DNA of 64,000 nucleotides, taken from Bdellovibrionales bacterium. Lineage in GTDB: Bacteria; Bdellovibrionota; Bdellovibrionia; Bdellovibrionales; JAUICD01. This document shows, piece after piece, positions 9,923 through 18,767 of this stretch; position 1 is the stretch's first letter; every line of letters starts with the position of its first letter. The position numbers were made by a program, and so were the translations under genes. The notes beneath the pieces were generated by a model. It did not search any database, was not told where the DNA came from, and worked only from the letters and a program-made list of their open reading frames with translations. The DNA lies in contig OZ253553.1 in the NCBI GenBank assembly GCA_965262715.1, forward strand, positions 1,376,001 through 1,440,000, read 5' to 3'.

Positions 9923-10103
9923 CTCAAAATGACTTTTTCTTTTTTATCTTTTAACATCTCTCACTTCCCCCTCTTCTTAATAAATCACCCAAACTTTTAT
10001 AGTTAAGACTTGATGTTTATAGCAAAAAGACGAGTTGTTCCTCCAAGCAATATCGAGAACTCATCGGCTTTGCCATAAACATCAAATTTTTTGAAATGAC
10101 TTC
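9915..10103 (-). mobile_element. Short family B-ended element carrying a family C hairpin
   Basis: TA|GAACTCACCTCAAAAT...TTTTGAAATGACTTC|TA; encloses 76-bp hairpin 10010-10085. Confidence 0.65.
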
Positions 10104-10409
10104 TAAAAAGATATGCAAAAAAAGGTCCAATTTAAAAGCTGTTTAATTTAAAGATAAGCAGATATTTTTACAAAAATGTCCGACAAGCAAGACAATAATG
10201 ACTAAAAACCGGATTAACGCACCGAGTTTATTCTTCATAATTTTAAGCAGTTTATTTTTATTCTTTCTTCTTATCTATCTTGATCATAATAAATTTGCCA
10301 CCTAAATACTCGTTCAAAAAAATAGACTTTCATGTCCGGATTTTAGGCTTCGATGTCCAACTCTTCGGACAAGCAGGGTCTTAAACCCACCTTTTACCCA
10401 CTATAAAGC

Positions 10410-10425
10410 TGGCACTGTTTTTGCT
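10410..10425 (+). promoter_or_regulatory. Sigma54 (-24/-12) promoter
   Basis: TGGCAC-TGTTT-TTGCT matches TGGCAC-N5-TTGCW; about 100 bp upstream of the ankyrin lipoprotein start; TGTC-N10-GACA palindromes at 10177-10194 and 10354-10371. Confidence 0.7.
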
Positions 10426-10497
10426 GAAGCTCTAAGTACATTTTTAAAATGATTCTTCTCAAAAATAAATCACAGGAAGAAATCATAAATAATATTT

Positions 10498-12690
10498 TTG
10501 ATAATCAATTTTATATTGGAGGGTATTATGAAAAAGAAATTTCAACAATTAATGAGTATTTTTTTTATGATAACTATTTTTTTTGGATGTAGTTCAAAAG
10601 AACCTGTAAAAAACATACCAGAAAAAGTATCAACAACAACTCAAGAGTTACTAAATGACAATCAGATTCATAAAGAAGTCTTAGATAGTCAACAAAATGA
10701 AAATGACTTACAAGATGGACAGTCATCAGAAGCACCAGAAATTAATATTCAAGATCATCAGAGCATAAAAGAGAAAGCATTGATAGAATCATCACAGAAT
10801 CGTGAAGTTATAGAACGTGTTGTTCAAAGCACTAACAATGATCATATAAGATTCGAACAACAACTTGAAAAGCAAGAAAAATTACAACAAGAAGACATGC
10901 CATCTCTATTAGTAGCTGTTGAACAAGGGAATGTTGCAATTGTTCAAAAGCGACTTGATATGGGCGAAAACCCTAATATAAGAAACAAAGATGGTGAAAC
11001 ATTGCTAACCATCTCAACTCTTAGAGGACACACAAGGGTCATTGAATTACTAACTCAATTTGGAGGAGATCCTAATCTCACAGATACTAGTGGTAAAACA
11101 GCTTTATTTTGGGCTTCTCAAAATGGCTATATTCAAGTAGTGCAACCTCTTATAGAAGCAGGTGCTAATGTGAATGCTCAAAACCTCATTGGTGAAACAG
11201 CTCTTATAATAGCTGCTTTTAAAGGCCATATACAGATTGTTAAACTACTTTTGGAATTTGGGGCCAATCCCAATATAGCAGATAGTTACAATCAAACAAC
11301 AGCCTTGATGTGGGCAACTCTTAGAAATCATACAGATATTATCAGATTGCTTAAAGATGCTGGAAGTAATAATAATCCTGAGAGCATTAATGACCATACA
11401 GCTTTGACATGGGCTATCAGCAAGAGTTATACAAACAAAGCTCAATTACTTATAAACGCCGGTGCTGGTGTTGATGCTCAAGATAACGACAATAATACAG
11501 CTTTAACATGGGCTGCTAAAAACGGTCATAAAGAAACAGTAAGATTACTTTTAGAAGAAGGAGCAAACCCTAACTCTAAAAGCCAAAATGGGTACACAGC
11601 CTTGATGTGGGCTGCCAAAAATGGTTACATAGAAATAGTAAGACTACTCTTAGAGTCTGGTGCCTACATTGATGTTAAGAATCAATATGGAAATACGGCT
11701 TTAATTTGGGCTTCTAGAAAAGGTCACATAGAAACAGTGAAATTACTCTTAGAAGCTGGCGCGCATGTTGACACCGAAGGTGAACATAAAAATACAGCTT
11801 TAATAAAGGCTGCTAAAAATAATCATGTAGAGACAGTATTGATTCTTTTAGAGGCCAGCGCTAATATCAATGCTAAAAATCATATTGGTGAAACAGCTTT
11901 AATTCTCGCTGCTTTTGAAGGTCATACAGAGGTTGTTAAATTACTTTTAGAGTCTGGAGCCAATCCTAATATAGAGGACACTCACGGTCAAACAACAGCC
12001 TTGATGTGGGCGACTCTTAGAAATCATACCGACGTTATCAAGTTACTGACAGACGCTGGCAGTAAAAGTAACCCCAGACGCATAAATGGTCATACAGCCC
12101 TGACATGGACTGCTAGAAAAAGCTATACAAATAAAGTTTCACTAATTATAAAACCTGACGTTGATGTTGATGGTAAAAACAGTAGTGGTAATACAGCTTT
12201 ATTTTTCGCCACCAGACATGGTTATACAGGTATGGCAAAAAAGCTTTTAGAAGCAGGAGCTGACCCTAACTTTAAAAACAAAGGCAATAATACAGCTTTA
12301 TTTTGGGCTGCTCAAAATGGTCATACGAAGACAGTGAGATTACTTTTAGAAGCAGGTGCTAATGTCAATGCTAAAAATAGATATAACAATACGCCTTTGA
12401 TATGGGCTGCTAAGACATGCCGCGTGAGTATAGTAAGACTTCTTTTAGAAGCTGGGGCTCACCCTAATGCTAGAACCAGCTCAGGCAATACCGCTTTGAT
12501 CTTATCCGCTAGTAAAAGTTGCCCTAAAACATCAAAAGTCCTTTGGCAGCACGGCGCTAATTTGAATATTAGAAATAATAGTGGAGTCACTGCTCTAGGT
12601 CGTGCCCTAAGCTATGCAGCTCGTCGCAATTACCGAAGTTCATCTATGAAAACAGTCAATTGGTTAAGAAGTGTTTACGCTGTAAGATAA
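10498..12690 (+). CDS. Ankyrin-repeat lipoprotein (likely start ATG 10528)
   Basis: MKKKFQ...IFFGC lipobox, acidic/Gln-rich linker, then about 17 TAL..AA..GH...V.LLL.AGA.PN repeats; GGAGG upstream. Confidence 0.93.
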   Translation: MIINFILEGIMKKKFQQLMSIFFMITIFFGCSSKEPVKNIPEKVSTTTQELLNDNQIHKEVLDSQQNENDLQDGQSSEAPEINIQDHQSIKEKALIESSQNREVIERVVQSTNNDHIRFEQQLEKQEKLQQEDMPSLLVAVEQGNVAIVQKRLDMGENPNIRNKDGETLLTISTLRGHTRVIELLTQFGGDPNLTDTSGKTALFWASQNGYIQVVQPLIEAGANVNAQNLIGETALIIAAFKGHIQIVKLLLEFGANPNIADSYNQTTALMWATLRNHTDIIRLLKDAGSNNNPESINDHTALTWAISKSYTNKAQLLINAGAGVDAQDNDNNTALTWAAKNGHKETVRLLLEEGANPNSKSQNGYTALMWAAKNGYIEIVRLLLESGAYIDVKNQYGNTALIWASRKGHIETVKLLLEAGAHVDTEGEHKNTALIKAAKNNHVETVLILLEASANINAKNHIGETALILAAFEGHTEVVKLLLESGANPNIEDTHGQTTALMWATLRNHTDVIKLLTDAGSKSNPRRINGHTALTWTARKSYTNKVSLIIKPDVDVDGKNSSGNTALFFATRHGYTGMAKKLLEAGADPNFKNKGNNTALFWAAQNGHTKTVRLLLEAGANVNAKNRYNNTPLIWAAKTCRVSIVRLLLEAGAHPNARTSSGNTALILSASKSCPKTSKVLWQHGANLNIRNNSGVTALGRALSYAARRNYRSSSMKTVNWLRSVYAVR

Positions 12691-12712
12691 TTATGTATGT
12701 ATATAGATAACA

Positions 12713-12740
12713 GATTGCCCGATTGCCCGTTTCCCGGAAA
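12713..12740. repeat. Family D GC-rich palindromic repeat, right arm only
   Basis: GATTGCCCGATTGCCCGTTTCCCGGA resembles 49475-49500. Confidence 0.6.
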
Positions 12741-12906
12741 GGGTCCTACAAGTTGGAGTTGATTCTAAAGTGGTAAAGAAAGCAAGATTATATTCGTAAG
12801 CTTTGACATTATGTATTATTTTTTAGATATCACTATATAAACTTGTATTTTTTATTGCATTAATCTGTAATGAATAGTTTTTTAAACCTCTTCATTTTTC
12901 AAATTC

Positions 12907-14868
12907 TTGTTGAAACTAAAAAGGCGTTTTTTTATGGAAACTTTCCCTTGTCTTGGATTGGAAATTTTAGGTCAATGTCAATACAATCCACGAAATCCAA
13001 CAGTGTACTTTTCTATAGGTCAACTTCTCCCTTTAATTGCAGTTTTTATTGCCTTTTATCAGATTTTAAACCCTATAACAAAGCTTAGAATTGAATCTAG
13101 CAATTTATTTAAGTATAAACCAAGTATCTTTGGTCTTAGAAATTGGCTTTTGGAATATGAATTTCCGTCATATTTTAAGTTGTTTGGTGTAATTTGTAAA
13201 AATCTTATCTCTCGAGTTGAATTCAATGTTTTAAAGATTCTTGCTATCTTGTCTATATTTTTCATTTTTATTTCAACCATAATCCCATCAATACTTTCAG
13301 AACCTCATGTAATCCCACTGTTTGGATATCCTATATTTTGGGAATTACTGGCAGGATTTATTCTTTTATTTATAAGCTGGTATTTAATAAGAGTCATTAT
13401 GAATCCAGCTCAAATAAGAGATGAAAATATAGATGTATGGTTTGGTCGAACTTTAGATATCATTGACCGTAATGAAGAAAAAGAACTAATAGCTTTAGCA
13501 AAAGAAATAACACCTTCTTTAGAGAAAATAATATTTCTTTATGAGAGCTATGAGCATTTTTATCAAAACGTAAAATTTGATTTTTTTAGTAAATATTCAA
13601 AGGATAATCAAAATACCAACAAAAAACGTATTAACAGTATGAGTATTTTTAAAAAAATTAAAAAAGACAAAGATTTTCAAAAGATTGTTCAATTAAACCC
13701 AGCTCTAGACACCTGCTTTAAGATTATAAAATTTCTTTCCGATAAATCATTCTGCAAAGTAGTTGCGTGTAAAGTTCCTAATTTTTCAGAGAAGTTTTTT
13801 TCTCTTTTTTCAAAAGATACAGACATATACCCTGAAGGATATACAAGTCAAATATTTGATAACATATTACAAGCCTCATTTATATATAAAGAATCAACTT
13901 TAAGCAGAGAAAATCAATATGATGGATTAGCCGGTTTTAAGAGTCTAACTTCAAGTATTTTTAAAAATCATAGGTTACTACAACAGCGTAATCCTTTTGG
14001 ATTACTCTTTCCTTCACAAATAGAATTTAAAGAGGACTGGCAAATCAAATTATATTTCTCCTGTTTAAGAGCAGTTATTGAAACTTCTCTTAATGTTTCA
14101 TATAAGGAAACAACCGATGGCTATAAAATAATTCATCCAAAAGATGATAAAATGCTTAGAAATATTTATCATGCTTGTGTAGGAGACAGTTTCATAAATA
14201 ATGGTATTTTAGAAAATATTCCTTTTAATCTTTCTTTTGACAAAAAAATGAATTTATTTAACACGATAAGTTTTAAAATTGGGCAACTATTAATTTTTAT
14301 AAATGAAGATGAGTATAATATAAAAGCTTTCAATATTGATCGTTGTAATATTATACCTGATTCATTGAGAATATATATGAAGGAACCTCATCAAATTTCT
14401 TTATACCATATTTTGGCAAGAATGATTTTTGATTTTTTTATCGAATTATCTATGATTGAGGTAAAAAACCCTGATAGTTCCTGGCGTATTAGAGGTGCAG
14501 GTATTGGTTGTATAAAACCTTCACCTATTTATAAAAAAATGAGAAATATAAATGATATTTTAATAACTTATATAAAGATGCATATAGATGAAGAAAACTT
14601 TCAACGGAGACATTATCCTGCACTTACAAAATACATGCTTCTATTGTTTGGATTGTATTATCCAAAGAAGAAAGAAAATGAATGGGATGAATTTAAGATT
14701 TATCTCTTGGATAAGTTAAAAAAAGAATTTCATAGTTTATATACAGTTGAGGAAAATTTTGCTTTAGACATGCTTCCCTTAGATCTTTCTTATGATCCAT
14801 CCACAAAGGTTATTACTCAAAATAGCACTTCAAGATGGCAGAAGAAAATAACTCTACAATGTGAATAA
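12907..14868 (+). CDS. Hypothetical membrane protein (likely start ATG 12934)
   Basis: 653-aa very AT-rich ORF with three to four N-terminal hydrophobic segments and a large soluble C-terminal region; no family recognised. Confidence 0.7.
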   Translation: MLKLKRRFFMETFPCLGLEILGQCQYNPRNPTVYFSIGQLLPLIAVFIAFYQILNPITKLRIESSNLFKYKPSIFGLRNWLLEYEFPSYFKLFGVICKNLISRVEFNVLKILAILSIFFIFISTIIPSILSEPHVIPLFGYPIFWELLAGFILLFISWYLIRVIMNPAQIRDENIDVWFGRTLDIIDRNEEKELIALAKEITPSLEKIIFLYESYEHFYQNVKFDFFSKYSKDNQNTNKKRINSMSIFKKIKKDKDFQKIVQLNPALDTCFKIIKFLSDKSFCKVVACKVPNFSEKFFSLFSKDTDIYPEGYTSQIFDNILQASFIYKESTLSRENQYDGLAGFKSLTSSIFKNHRLLQQRNPFGLLFPSQIEFKEDWQIKLYFSCLRAVIETSLNVSYKETTDGYKIIHPKDDKMLRNIYHACVGDSFINNGILENIPFNLSFDKKMNLFNTISFKIGQLLIFINEDEYNIKAFNIDRCNIIPDSLRIYMKEPHQISLYHILARMIFDFFIELSMIEVKNPDSSWRIRGAGIGCIKPSPIYKKMRNINDILITYIKMHIDEENFQRRHYPALTKYMLLLFGLYYPKKKENEWDEFKIYLLDKLKKEFHSLYTVEENFALDMLPLDLSYDPSTKVITQNSTSRWQKKITLQCE

Positions 14869-15079
14869 ATGGAGATACATTTCAAAAATTGACGTCATTA
14901 AGCAGTGTTGCTAAATCAAAATTTGCTCCAGTTGTGGCTTTTGATGTCAAAAAGAATCAACAGTCATTTGATTGTTCTTGAATTATAGGCATTTATGATG
15001 GATATTTTTCATAAAATGGTAGTTAAGATTGGTTAAAGAACAAATGTCCTAAGCTTTTCATTTACAGGGAGAAATACAA

Positions 15080-16531
15080 TTGTTTGAGCAAGTATTTAAA
15101 AATATTGACGATATTCTTTGGAAAGATGCTGGTTGTGGTAGTGAATTAGATTATGTAGAGCAAACTTCTTGGATATTATTTTTAAAATATTTAAATGATT
15201 TTGAAAAAGATCGAGAACTTAAGGCACAGCTTGCAGGAAAGTCATATAAGAAAATTATTAAGAAAGAGTTTTGTTGGGATGTGTGGGCAACCCCTAAAAC
15301 TCAAAATAAAAAAATTGACCACAACAAAGCATTAACAGGTGATGATCTCAAAGAGTTTGTTGATGAGAAACTTTTTCCTTATTTTAAAAGCTTTAAATCA
15401 AATTCTGAAGGTTTTAATACAATAGAATATAAAATTGGAGAGATCTTTAGCGAATTAAAAAACAAGCTTCAAAGTGGTTATAATCTAAGGGAAGTTATCA
15501 ATCAGATAGATAGCCTTCGATTTCAATCTCATGATGAAAAGCATGAAATGTCTCACTTGTATGAAGAAAAAATCAAAAATATGGGAAATGCTGGAAGAAA
15601 TGGAGGAGAATACTATACCCCTCGTCCTCTGATTAAAGCTATTGTCAAAGTAGTTGCTCCAAAGATTGGAAATAAAATATACGATGGAGCTTTAGGATCA
15701 GCAGGGTTTTTATGTGAAGCTTTTGAATATTTAAAAACAAATCTGACAACTACAGATCAAAAAACTACTCTTCAAAAAAAGACTTTTTATGGTAAGGAGA
15801 AAAAGTCTTTAGCATATATTATTGGAACAATGAATATGATTCTTCATGGAATCGAAGCTCCCCATATTATGCATACAAACACTCTTACAGAAAATTTAGC
15901 AGATATTCAAGAAAAAGATCGCTATGACATTATCCTTGCCAATCCTCCTTTCGGAGGTAAAGAGAGGTCAGAAGTTCAACAAAACTTTCCTATAAAAACA
16001 GGAGAAACAGCCTCTTTGTTTTTACAGCATTTTATTAAAATGCTTAAGGCTGGAGGAAGGGCAGGAGTTGTTATTAAAAATACTTTTCTTTCAAACACAG
16101 ATAATGCTTCTATAAGTCTACGTAAAGAGCTTTTAACAAGTTGTAATTTGTATACAATTTTGGATCTTCCTAAAGGAGTCTTTGCTGGAGCAGGTGTTAA
16201 AACCATTGTATTATTTTTTAAAAAAGGAGTTCCTACAAAAAAAATATGGTATTATCAACTTGATCCTGGACGCAACTTAGGCAAAACCAATCCTCTTAAT
16301 GAAAAAGATTTAGCTGAGTTCATCAAATTACAAAAAAGCTTTGTTGATTCCAAGCAATCATGGATGGTGAGTGTGAAGGATGTGGATCAGAAAAACTTTG
16401 ACTTGAGTGTTAAAAACCCAAACACACCGAAGGAATCTTCTTTAAGACATCCACAAGAAATTTTAGCTAGTATCAAGCTTTTAGATCGAGAAGCTGAAAA
16501 AGTATTACAATCTATGGAGGACTTAATATGA
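15080..16531 (+). CDS. hsdM: Type I R-M methyltransferase subunit M (N6-adenine)
   Basis: GEYYTPRPLI, motif I YDGALGSAGFL, motif IV ILANPPF, ILDLPKGVF. Confidence 0.96.
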   Translation: MFEQVFKNIDDILWKDAGCGSELDYVEQTSWILFLKYLNDFEKDRELKAQLAGKSYKKIIKKEFCWDVWATPKTQNKKIDHNKALTGDDLKEFVDEKLFPYFKSFKSNSEGFNTIEYKIGEIFSELKNKLQSGYNLREVINQIDSLRFQSHDEKHEMSHLYEEKIKNMGNAGRNGGEYYTPRPLIKAIVKVVAPKIGNKIYDGALGSAGFLCEAFEYLKTNLTTTDQKTTLQKKTFYGKEKKSLAYIIGTMNMILHGIEAPHIMHTNTLTENLADIQEKDRYDIILANPPFGGKERSEVQQNFPIKTGETASLFLQHFIKMLKAGGRAGVVIKNTFLSNTDNASISLRKELLTSCNLYTILDLPKGVFAGAGVKTIVLFFKKGVPTKKIWYYQLDPGRNLGKTNPLNEKDLAEFIKLQKSFVDSKQSWMVSVKDVDQKNFDLSVKNPNTPKESSLRHPQEILASIKLLDREAEKVLQSMEDLI

Positions 16532-16950
16532 GCAAGCAAGATATACGATGGGTACAACGACTGAGTAGTTATTGTAAGGCACTGGATATCTTAAAAAGTA
16601 ATGTAGAACTTGCATCAGAAAGAGATTTATCTTTATTAGAAAAACAAGGAGTTATTCAGAGCTTTGAATTTACTCAAGAGCTTGCGTGGAAGACGATCAA
16701 AGATCTTTTTGAATTGGCAGGTGAAACAACAATACTTGGAAGTAGAGATGCTTTTCATCTTGCATTTCAAAGAGGACTCTTATCTGATGGTACATTGATG
16801 AAGACTATTGAGAGTAGAAATAAAGTAGCGCATATTTACAAACAAGAAATTGCCGAAGATATTTTTCATAAAATTGTAGAAGAATACTATGATGGATTTG
16901 AACAATTAAGGACTGCCTTATTGAAAGAGAAAAAAGAAAGAGGATTGTAA
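16528..16950 (+). CDS. HEPN-domain (HI0074/HepT-like) RNase toxin
   Basis: RWVQRLSSY..AL, EKQGVIQSFEFTQELAWKT, intact RX4HXY motif SRNKVAHIY; ATGA overlap with the hsdM stop. Confidence 0.9.
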   Translation: MSKQDIRWVQRLSSYCKALDILKSNVELASERDLSLLEKQGVIQSFEFTQELAWKTIKDLFELAGETTILGSRDAFHLAFQRGLLSDGTLMKTIESRNKVAHIYKQEIAEDIFHKIVEEYYDGFEQLRTALLKEKKERGL

Positions 16951-16953
16951 GCT

Positions 16954-18384
16954 ATGTTTGGTTTAGATGTAGATACTTTAAGAGATATGAGACAGCTTTT
17001 TAGGCAATTTTCAGATATTGAGAAAGTGATTCTTTACGGGTCCCGTGCTAAAGGCAATTATCGTAAAGGCTCTGATATTGACATTACGCTTATTGGAAAA
17101 GGTTTAGGTTTAGACAATGCTATTGATCCTTTAATGAGAAAACTAGATGATTTAAATCTTCCTTATACTTTTGATATTTCTATTTTTAAGCAATTAGACA
17201 ACTTGGATTTAATAGATCATATTTTACGAGTAGGCAAACCATTTTATGAAAAAGAAGAGAGTATACCTGAAGGGTGGGAAGAAAAAAAGCTCAAAAATAT
17301 TATTACGTTGGAATATGGTAAACCCTTACAAATAAACGTAAGAAACCCTAATGGAAAGTTTCCTGTATATGGTGCTAATGGTATAAAAACCAAGACAAAT
17401 AAGTTTTTATATAATCAATCAAGTATCATTATCGGCAGAAAAGGTTCCGCTGGAGAAATAAATTTGTCTGAAAGTAAGTTTTGGCCTCTTGATGTGACAT
17501 ATTATACAGTTTTTGATTCTTCAAAATATGATTTGAAATTCTTATATTATTATATGAGTAACTTAGATTTAACTAAGTTTGCAAAGGGAGTTAAACCAGG
17601 TATAAATAGAAATGATATTTATAACTTAAGAATTCAAATACCATCTCTTCTTGCTATACAGAAACAAATTGTAGCTAACTTAGACAGAGCTTTTGAAGCT
17701 ATAGACAGGGCTATCAAGAATACTGAGCAGAATCTCAAAAACTGCCAAGAACTTTTTGACTCCAACTTGCACGATGTTTTCTCTAATGATTGTTGGCCTG
17801 TGGTACAGTTAGGAGAATTATGCCGGCCTGAATATGGTTACACTACAAGTGCTAAAGATTTTGGTAAATACCGATTTGTTAGAATTACAGATATTAATGA
17901 TAATGGATTGCTAAAATCAGAAAATAAGAAATATATTTTACCAAAAGAAAGTGTACAAAAGTTTATTCTTAAAAAACTAGATGTTTTAGTTGTTAGAACA
18001 GGCGCTACCTATGGGAAAGTGTTATTATTTGACAATAGTGAGCCTTCTGTTTTTGCATCTTATTTGATTAGGCTATGTTTCTCAAAAGACAGAGTAAATC
18101 ATAAATTCTATTGGTGCTTTTCTCAAAGTAAGGCCTATTGGAATCAAGTTCAATCACTAGTTTCAGGAGCAGGACAACCACAATTTAATGCAAACGCTAT
18201 AGTTAAAATAAAAATACCTCTTCCTTCTCTTGACATACAAAAACAAATTGTAAATAAATTTGATAAATTTAATAGAGAAAATAAAGAATTAAAATTTCTT
18301 TATGAACAGAAGATTGAAAGTTTAAAAGAACTAAAAAAATCAATACTCCAACAAGCCTTTAATTGTAAGAGCGAAATACAATAG
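16954..18384 (+). CDS. hsdS: Fusion of minimal nucleotidyltransferase (MNT antitoxin, aa 1-100) and type I specificity subunit with two TRDs
   Basis: LYGSRAKGNYRKGSDID (GSX10DXD), then IPEGWEEKKL at 17263; two conserved helical regions IPSLLAIQKQIV...FDSNL and IPLPSLDIQKQIV...LKKSILQQAF. Confidence 0.92.
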   Translation: MFGLDVDTLRDMRQLFRQFSDIEKVILYGSRAKGNYRKGSDIDITLIGKGLGLDNAIDPLMRKLDDLNLPYTFDISIFKQLDNLDLIDHILRVGKPFYEKEESIPEGWEEKKLKNIITLEYGKPLQINVRNPNGKFPVYGANGIKTKTNKFLYNQSSIIIGRKGSAGEINLSESKFWPLDVTYYTVFDSSKYDLKFLYYYMSNLDLTKFAKGVKPGINRNDIYNLRIQIPSLLAIQKQIVANLDRAFEAIDRAIKNTEQNLKNCQELFDSNLHDVFSNDCWPVVQLGELCRPEYGYTTSAKDFGKYRFVRITDINDNGLLKSENKKYILPKESVQKFILKKLDVLVVRTGATYGKVLLFDNSEPSVFASYLIRLCFSKDRVNHKFYWCFSQSKAYWNQVQSLVSGAGQPQFNANAIVKIKIPLPSLDIQKQIVNKFDKFNRENKELKFLYEQKIESLKELKKSILQQAFNCKSEIQ

Positions 18385-18622
18385 TTTTGGTTTTGATTTA
18401 AAGGTTTTAAATTTAAATAGACTGTTTTATAATAACAATCTAATTAAGGAGAAGCGGCCTAATAAAAAGACTTTTTATTATACGTAACTTCAAATCACAA
18501 GTGCAACTCTTTTGTGTTTATAGATATTTTTAAAAGTTGTATCATTTTAAGATTAATATTTCAACAAAGTTTTAATTATCATGAAAGATTATAGTAAATT
18601 ATTTAATTTGAATGAATGTATT

Positions 18623-18698
18623 TTGATGTTTATGGCAAAGTCTCGTAGTCCTCGAGCTAAAGCTCTGCGGAAGAACGATCCTTTGCCATAAACATCAA
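18623..18698 (+). repeat. Family C 76-bp hairpin
   Basis: Perfect 18-bp stem TTGATGTTTATGGCAAAG/CTTTGCCATAAACATCAA; homologous to 10010-10085 in opposite orientation. Confidence 0.8.
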
Positions 18699-18767
18699 GC
18701 TGTCAAATAAGCATTTTCAGAAGTTATTATATATAAGTAAAATTAAATGGATAAACTATGAATAACT

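Noticed and set aside
16954..18384. Phase-variable hsdS shufflon
   Set aside because: Only one hsdS, with no silent TRD cassettes, inverted repeats or recombinase nearby
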